A stretch of 44,226 nt of DNA from Promethearchaeota archaeon (lineage in GTDB: Archaea; Asgardarchaeota; Lokiarchaeia; Sigyniarchaeales; SOKP01). Below the pieces are notes generated by a model. The model ran no database searches, had not been told where the DNA came from, and was given only the letters and a program-made list of their open reading frames with translations. Shown here one piece after another: positions 40,022 through 44,226 of the stretch; the first letter of the stretch is position 1; the number at the start of each line of letters is the position of its first letter. The stretch lies in the NCBI GenBank assembly GCA_048939015.1, contig JBHLPW010000045.1, positions 1 to 44,226 of the forward strand. Reading direction: 5' to 3'. Both the position numbers and the translations under genes were made by a program.

Positions 40022-41227
40022 CTAAGATCTTTCTTTTAAGGCATTTACTATCCTTTTCATACATTCCTCCAATATAGATCTTGGACATGCTACATTAATT
40101 CTCTCAAATCCTTCTCCACCCGAACCGAATATTTTTCCATCATCCAATGCAATTTTTGCTCTTTTCAACATAAATTCACTAAGTTCTTCATCATTCATAC
40201 CCAATTTATTGCAATCTAACCACGCTAAATAAGTCCCTTCTGGATCGATGAAATCAATCTTAGGGATTGATTCATTGATAAATTGTTTTAAGTATTTAAA
40301 ATTTGATTCAATATACCTCAAGGCTTGATTTAACCATTCTTCTCCTTCATTATAGGCAGCAATTAATGCAACAATACCAAATACATTAGGACTCATAACA
40401 CTATTTTTATGAGATATTGTATTTATGAAAGATTCTCTCATTTTTTCGTCTGGAATAACAATATTAGATGTATTTAAACCAGCAATATTAAATGTTTTAC
40501 TAGGTGCTGTACAAATTATCGTATTTCTTTCAAAATCTTCTGAAATTGTCGAAAAGAGAGTATGTTTATATCCCGAAAGAATCAAATCATGGTGAATTTC
40601 GTCAGAAATTATTAAAACATCATTTTCTATACAAATATCTCCAAGTCTTCTAAGTTCTTTTTCATTCCATACACGTCCCACAGGGTTATGAGGACTACAT
40701 AGAATAAACATTTTAGTTAATGGATCCTTAGCTTTCTCTTCAAAATCTTCGAAATCAAAGGTATATCTCTTATTTTCATAATATAATTTATTTTCCAATA
40801 GAATACGTCCATTACTCTTTACAGCTGAAAAAAAAGGATAATATACCGGTGGTTGGATTATTACTTTCTCTCCGACATTTGTAAAAGTTTGAACTAACAT
40901 TTTAATAGCTGGAACAATTCCAGGACTAAATACTATCCATTCGTTGTCTATTTTCCAGTTGTGTCTTCGTTTCATCCAGTTTGAAACTGCATCTAAATAA
41001 GTTGCAGTTTTATACCAGCAATATCCATAAACCTCTTTTTCAACTCTCTTTTTTAAAGCATCTATAACCGGTTGAGGACATTGGAAATCCATATCCGCAA
41101 CCCAAAGAGGTAAAACATCATCTGTTTTAAATTGTTCTTTTAAAAAGGCTCTATCCCATTTAACAGAATAGGTATCACTTCGATCGATAACTCTATCAAA
41201 ATCATATTTCATTTTGAATCTAAACAT
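40022..41227 (-). CDS. patB: PatB/MalY family PLP-dependent C-S lyase
   Basis: LPLWVADMDF, LCSPHNPVGRVW, ISDEIHHDL, APSKTFNIAGL, GFERINVACP. Confidence 0.93.
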   Translation of the reverse strand: MFRFKMKYDFDRVIDRSDTYSVKWDRAFLKEQFKTDDVLPLWVADMDFQCPQPVIDALKKRVEKEVYGYCWYKTATYLDAVSNWMKRRHNWKIDNEWIVFSPGIVPAIKMLVQTFTNVGEKVIIQPPVYYPFFSAVKSNGRILLENKLYYENKRYTFDFEDFEEKAKDPLTKMFILCSPHNPVGRVWNEKELRRLGDICIENDVLIISDEIHHDLILSGYKHTLFSTISEDFERNTIICTAPSKTFNIAGLNTSNIVIPDEKMRESFINTISHKNSVMSPNVFGIVALIAAYNEGEEWLNQALRYIESNFKYLKQFINESIPKIDFIDPEGTYLAWLDCNKLGMNDEELSEFMLKRAKIALDDGKIFGSGGEGFERINVACPRSILEECMKRIVNALKERS

Positions 41228-41257
41228 CTAAATTAAAAGTCTTTTTTAAATATTTAT

Positions 41258-42805
41258 TTGGATAATTGGGATGTCGGAACGAAAAGTGAGATTAGAAATT
41301 TGGATGGAAAGGTAAATTCAGAGTCCGATTCCAATGAAAATTCCTTTGAAATGAAAATACATGAAGCTCGGAATAGAGGGGAAGGATCATTTTTGGTATT
41401 TGTAGAAGGTCTATCGATGTATCCATTATTTGAACCAGGTTCTCGAGTTCCGGTAAAACTCATGCCCAAGGGGACTGAATATGAAGTAGGAGACATTATC
41501 GTGTTCAAAAGCTTTGATTCCTACGTCATCCATGCGGTTATAGATAGCTATGTTTATAAAGGCAAGACTTATTATGTTACAGGCGGATTAAATCAAGAAA
41601 CGAATCCTTATGTAGATTGTACGACCATTTCTAGCGACCACATCTTAGGATTAGCCGATCTTTCCGAAGAGTTCCTAGCCGGGATTCCAGCACTAGAAAG
41701 CCAAGGATTGCTTTTTGAAATTGAAGTTCTAGGAATGTCAAATCAATTTGATTTATTAAATAATAAAATGCTAGAACTTGAGGAATTAACAACTGAAATT
41801 GACGAAAATAACAAAGAAGAGAAATTTGATAGAATCTTGAAAATAATGTATGAGGTAAGCACTACTGAACATGCTGAAATTCAAAGGTTCGCAGAATATA
41901 GAGGAAAAGATGGTTTTAATAGATTCAACCAAATGAAACGAGAAATATTAAAATCTTGTCATGATTTTATTGTCTCTCACATTTTCACTGGTTATTCCGC
42001 TGAAATTTTTAAAGTAATATTCAATGAAAGGCTTGGGATGTTATTTAGAACGACATTGCTTCCCTCTGGAGCCGATTTACTTGGATTTGATCTTGACGAT
42101 TTGATGATTAGTTATAAAGATGTGAATGTTCTGATAAAATTACAGGAATTCATTTCTGAGGATTCTCAATTTGAAAGTAAATATGGGGAATTAACTGGAG
42201 AGCTTGAAAACAAGATAGAAAATGGTATTGAAATAACAAGAGACGATTTAAAAGAGATTTTTAGTGAAATCAGCAAAGATTTCGACTCTCTTAAAGGTCA
42301 TAAGAGATATCAAGAATTGATAGAAGCAATGGCGGAGCACTCACCTTATTTCTGGCTTGATTTAGATGCGAAGGAGATTAAATATGTTGAAGAAATTGAC
42401 CCGAAATTGAAAAATACCAACTATGATAGTTGGTTGCAAGATGAAGAAACTAAGAAAATACAACTAAGTATTCTTAAGAAACAATGGGGTGGTAGATGTG
42501 CTCTTGTAGGAATCTTAATTGAGACTCAAATAATAACAAGGCATCATCTCCGATTAGGAAATACAAATAAACGTGACTGTAGTCTTTCTGCATTAGTACC
42601 GGTTTTAAATGAATTTCATAAATTTTATCCAGGCGGAGCACCACATACGGAACTGTGGACGAGGAGATTTGAAGATGCAAAATCTTATATTGAAAAGGGA
42701 TTTGCTTATATACCATCTTGGTGGGATGAAAATGAGAGAATAGAATATCAAGAATGGTTAGTAGGAAAACAAATCCCTTTTGTACTGGGAGATGATATTA
42801 ACTAA
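41258..42805 (+). CDS. S26 signal-peptidase-like domain, helical region and C-terminal HNH-like nuclease (toxin-like fusion)
   Basis: VEGLSMYP, VGDIIVF, VIHAVI, YVTGGLN in the N-terminal part; GRCALVG...RHHL...NKRDCSLSALVPVLNEFH near the C-terminus; no TM. Confidence 0.65.
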   Translation: MDNWDVGTKSEIRNLDGKVNSESDSNENSFEMKIHEARNRGEGSFLVFVEGLSMYPLFEPGSRVPVKLMPKGTEYEVGDIIVFKSFDSYVIHAVIDSYVYKGKTYYVTGGLNQETNPYVDCTTISSDHILGLADLSEEFLAGIPALESQGLLFEIEVLGMSNQFDLLNNKMLELEELTTEIDENNKEEKFDRILKIMYEVSTTEHAEIQRFAEYRGKDGFNRFNQMKREILKSCHDFIVSHIFTGYSAEIFKVIFNERLGMLFRTTLLPSGADLLGFDLDDLMISYKDVNVLIKLQEFISEDSQFESKYGELTGELENKIENGIEITRDDLKEIFSEISKDFDSLKGHKRYQELIEAMAEHSPYFWLDLDAKEIKYVEEIDPKLKNTNYDSWLQDEETKKIQLSILKKQWGGRCALVGILIETQIITRHHLRLGNTNKRDCSLSALVPVLNEFHKFYPGGAPHTELWTRRFEDAKSYIEKGFAYIPSWWDENERIEYQEWLVGKQIPFVLGDDIN

Positions 42806-42901
42806 ATGGATATATTTTTTAAATTAAGCCACTCTTAAATTTAAATATGATATCTACCAATAAAGAATTATATAAAAAATAAATGTTAAAAGTGTAAATA
42901 G

Positions 42902-43456
42902 ATGGAAGGAAATACAGGTCTAAAAAAAGAAGAAGATGGTGAATCAATTATATCAGAAATTATAGATAAAAAAATCTATGAAGTTAATATTGAAGGATTT
43001 GATTTAAAGGATAAAGGTAAACGATCAATGGATATTGCATTTTGGGCAGATGAATGGAGTCAGGATATAATCTATAAATTATTTAAAATCATTCAATCAG
43101 AAGTAAGCTTCATTAAAATTTTCATAGCGCACCAAGACAAAGATTCTGGACTTAAAGACCTTCTTTTTCAAGGATTTCATCGAGACTTTATGAATAATAA
43201 AGATTTAGAAGAATCCCTTGTCACAAAAATTAAAGAATTAGAAACTTATGAGTTTCAATCTCCAAAAAGTTTGTATAAGAAATATAAGATTATAAAAGAT
43301 GGATTGGAAAATATATCATTTAATGAACTTAAAAACATGATTTTATCAATAAGAGAAAGACGTATAAAAATATATAAAACACTTTTGAATGAATTTAAAA
43401 AGGATAAGGAAAAATATCTAGACTATATGAAAAGCCGTGATTATACTTATGTTTAA
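42902..43456 (+). CDS. Hypothetical protein, candidate immunity/partner protein
   Basis: 184 aa, co-oriented and 96 nt downstream of the nuclease fusion; no motif recognised. Confidence 0.6.
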   Translation: MEGNTGLKKEEDGESIISEIIDKKIYEVNIEGFDLKDKGKRSMDIAFWADEWSQDIIYKLFKIIQSEVSFIKIFIAHQDKDSGLKDLLFQGFHRDFMNNKDLEESLVTKIKELETYEFQSPKSLYKKYKIIKDGLENISFNELKNMILSIRERRIKIYKTLLNEFKKDKEKYLDYMKSRDYTYV

Positions 43457-43484
43457 TATAATACTTTCTTCTAATCACATTTAA

Positions 43485-43640
43485 CTATTTGAAACTCAAG
43501 TGGTTGATTTGAGCAATTTTGTATAATAAACACTCTTTAAATAGTGCTATATCTTCTGTTTCATGGTAAATTGATTTATAAAAACTACAAGAGCTTATCG
43601 GGCAATCATTTCGATACGGACACCTATCTGAAGTAATTAT
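43485..43640 (-). CDS. Small Cys-rich protein (51 aa, ATA start)
   Basis: GGAGGTGA 7 nt upstream of ATA; (M)ITSDRCPYRNDCPISSCSFYKSIYHETEDIALFKECLLYKIAQINHLSFK. Confidence 0.55.
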   Translation of the reverse strand: MITSDRCPYRNDCPISSCSFYKSIYHETEDIALFKECLLYKIAQINHLSFK

Positions 43641-43784
43641 TTCGAATTCACCTCCATATTTTTAAGTTATATCAAAAGCTAATTAACATATTGAAAATTT
43701 TATGCATTCATTAGAAATTCTTTATTTTACCTCCCTCCCCCGTGGTGCCCCCTCCTGAAAAAAGTCTTATTAGAAGCACTGGGA

Positions 43785-44195
43785 TCAACTTAAATTTGAA
43801 GTTATTAAACCCTTAAAATGTTTATCAAAAGTAGCTAAAAAATTACAATTTAATCGTGTACAATGGGTTAAAATTGCACAATCTGTGAATGATAGTCTTT
43901 TTTCCTTATATTTTATAAATGTCTCCCAAGAATTTTTAAAATCATCATCTGTAAGACTTATCAGCTTAATCTTTCTACTTTTCAAAATGTAATTACCCAG
44001 ATTTATGGCAAAATCAGAACGTTTTATTCTTACTAATGCCAGAGTTACTAATTCATTAAACACTAATGTAGATGTAATGATTTCCCCGAATTCATTTTTT
44101 AGGAAACGTCTCATCCAAGATTGGGCAATTTCGAAATTCATATCATCTCTATTCTTAACCGCTAATAAAAATCCCGTATCTAGAAAAACGACCAT
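43785..44195 (-). CDS. vapC: PIN-domain VapC toxin
   Basis: VFLDTGFL, VFNELVT, LSFTDC, LATFDKHF. Confidence 0.92.
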   Translation of the reverse strand: MVVFLDTGFLLAVKNRDDMNFEIAQSWMRRFLKNEFGEIITSTLVFNELVTLALVRIKRSDFAINLGNYILKSRKIKLISLTDDDFKNSWETFIKYKEKRLSFTDCAILTHCTRLNCNFLATFDKHFKGLITSNLS

Positions 44196-44196
44196 C

Positions 44197-44226
44197 TTAT
44201 TCTTCCTCGTTTAACTGATATAGAAT
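44197..44226 (-). CDS. 3' end of a probable antitoxin gene (partial)
   Basis: Reads ...ILYQLNEEE* and stops 1 nt before the vapC ATG. Confidence 0.5.
   Translation of the reverse strand: MLYQLNEEE

Noticed and set aside
1-44226. CRISPR array, rRNA, transposase or phage genes
   Set aside because: No regularly spaced repeats and no matching motifs seen.

Overview
Very AT-rich archaeal chromosomal window, most consistent with an Asgard archaeon of Lokiarchaeia type. This is inferred from longin and roadblock proteins, duplicated SCP2 proteins, an archaeal ThyA, archaeal tRNAs and BRE/TATA promoters. Three things stand out. (1) A signalling module occurs twice (10075-17030 and 25321-31503). Each copy has HAMP-less methyl-accepting chemoreceptors, a class I histidine kinase, and a regulator with the architecture micro-domain/RHH/HisKA without ATPase/REC. 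No cheA/W/R/B is in the window, and a shared T-tract-GTAC-A-tract promoter motif also precedes a longin/roadblock gene pair. (2) A Thermotoga-type myo-inositol catabolic cluster (iolG, iolM, iolN, iolO) includes an extra IolB/KduI-like cupin and an SLC49/FLVCR-like MFS, and uxuB-uxuA lies about 23 kb away as the probable lower pathway. (3) A small accessory island at the right end has a soluble signal-peptidase-like (S26) domain fused to an HNH-like nuclease, followed by a candidate immunity gene, an unannotated Cys-rich ORF and a VapC toxin. The window also holds two tRNAs, a gene split at a T11 tract, and a TetR gene with clear operators. All calls come from motif recognition by eye; no database searches were run.
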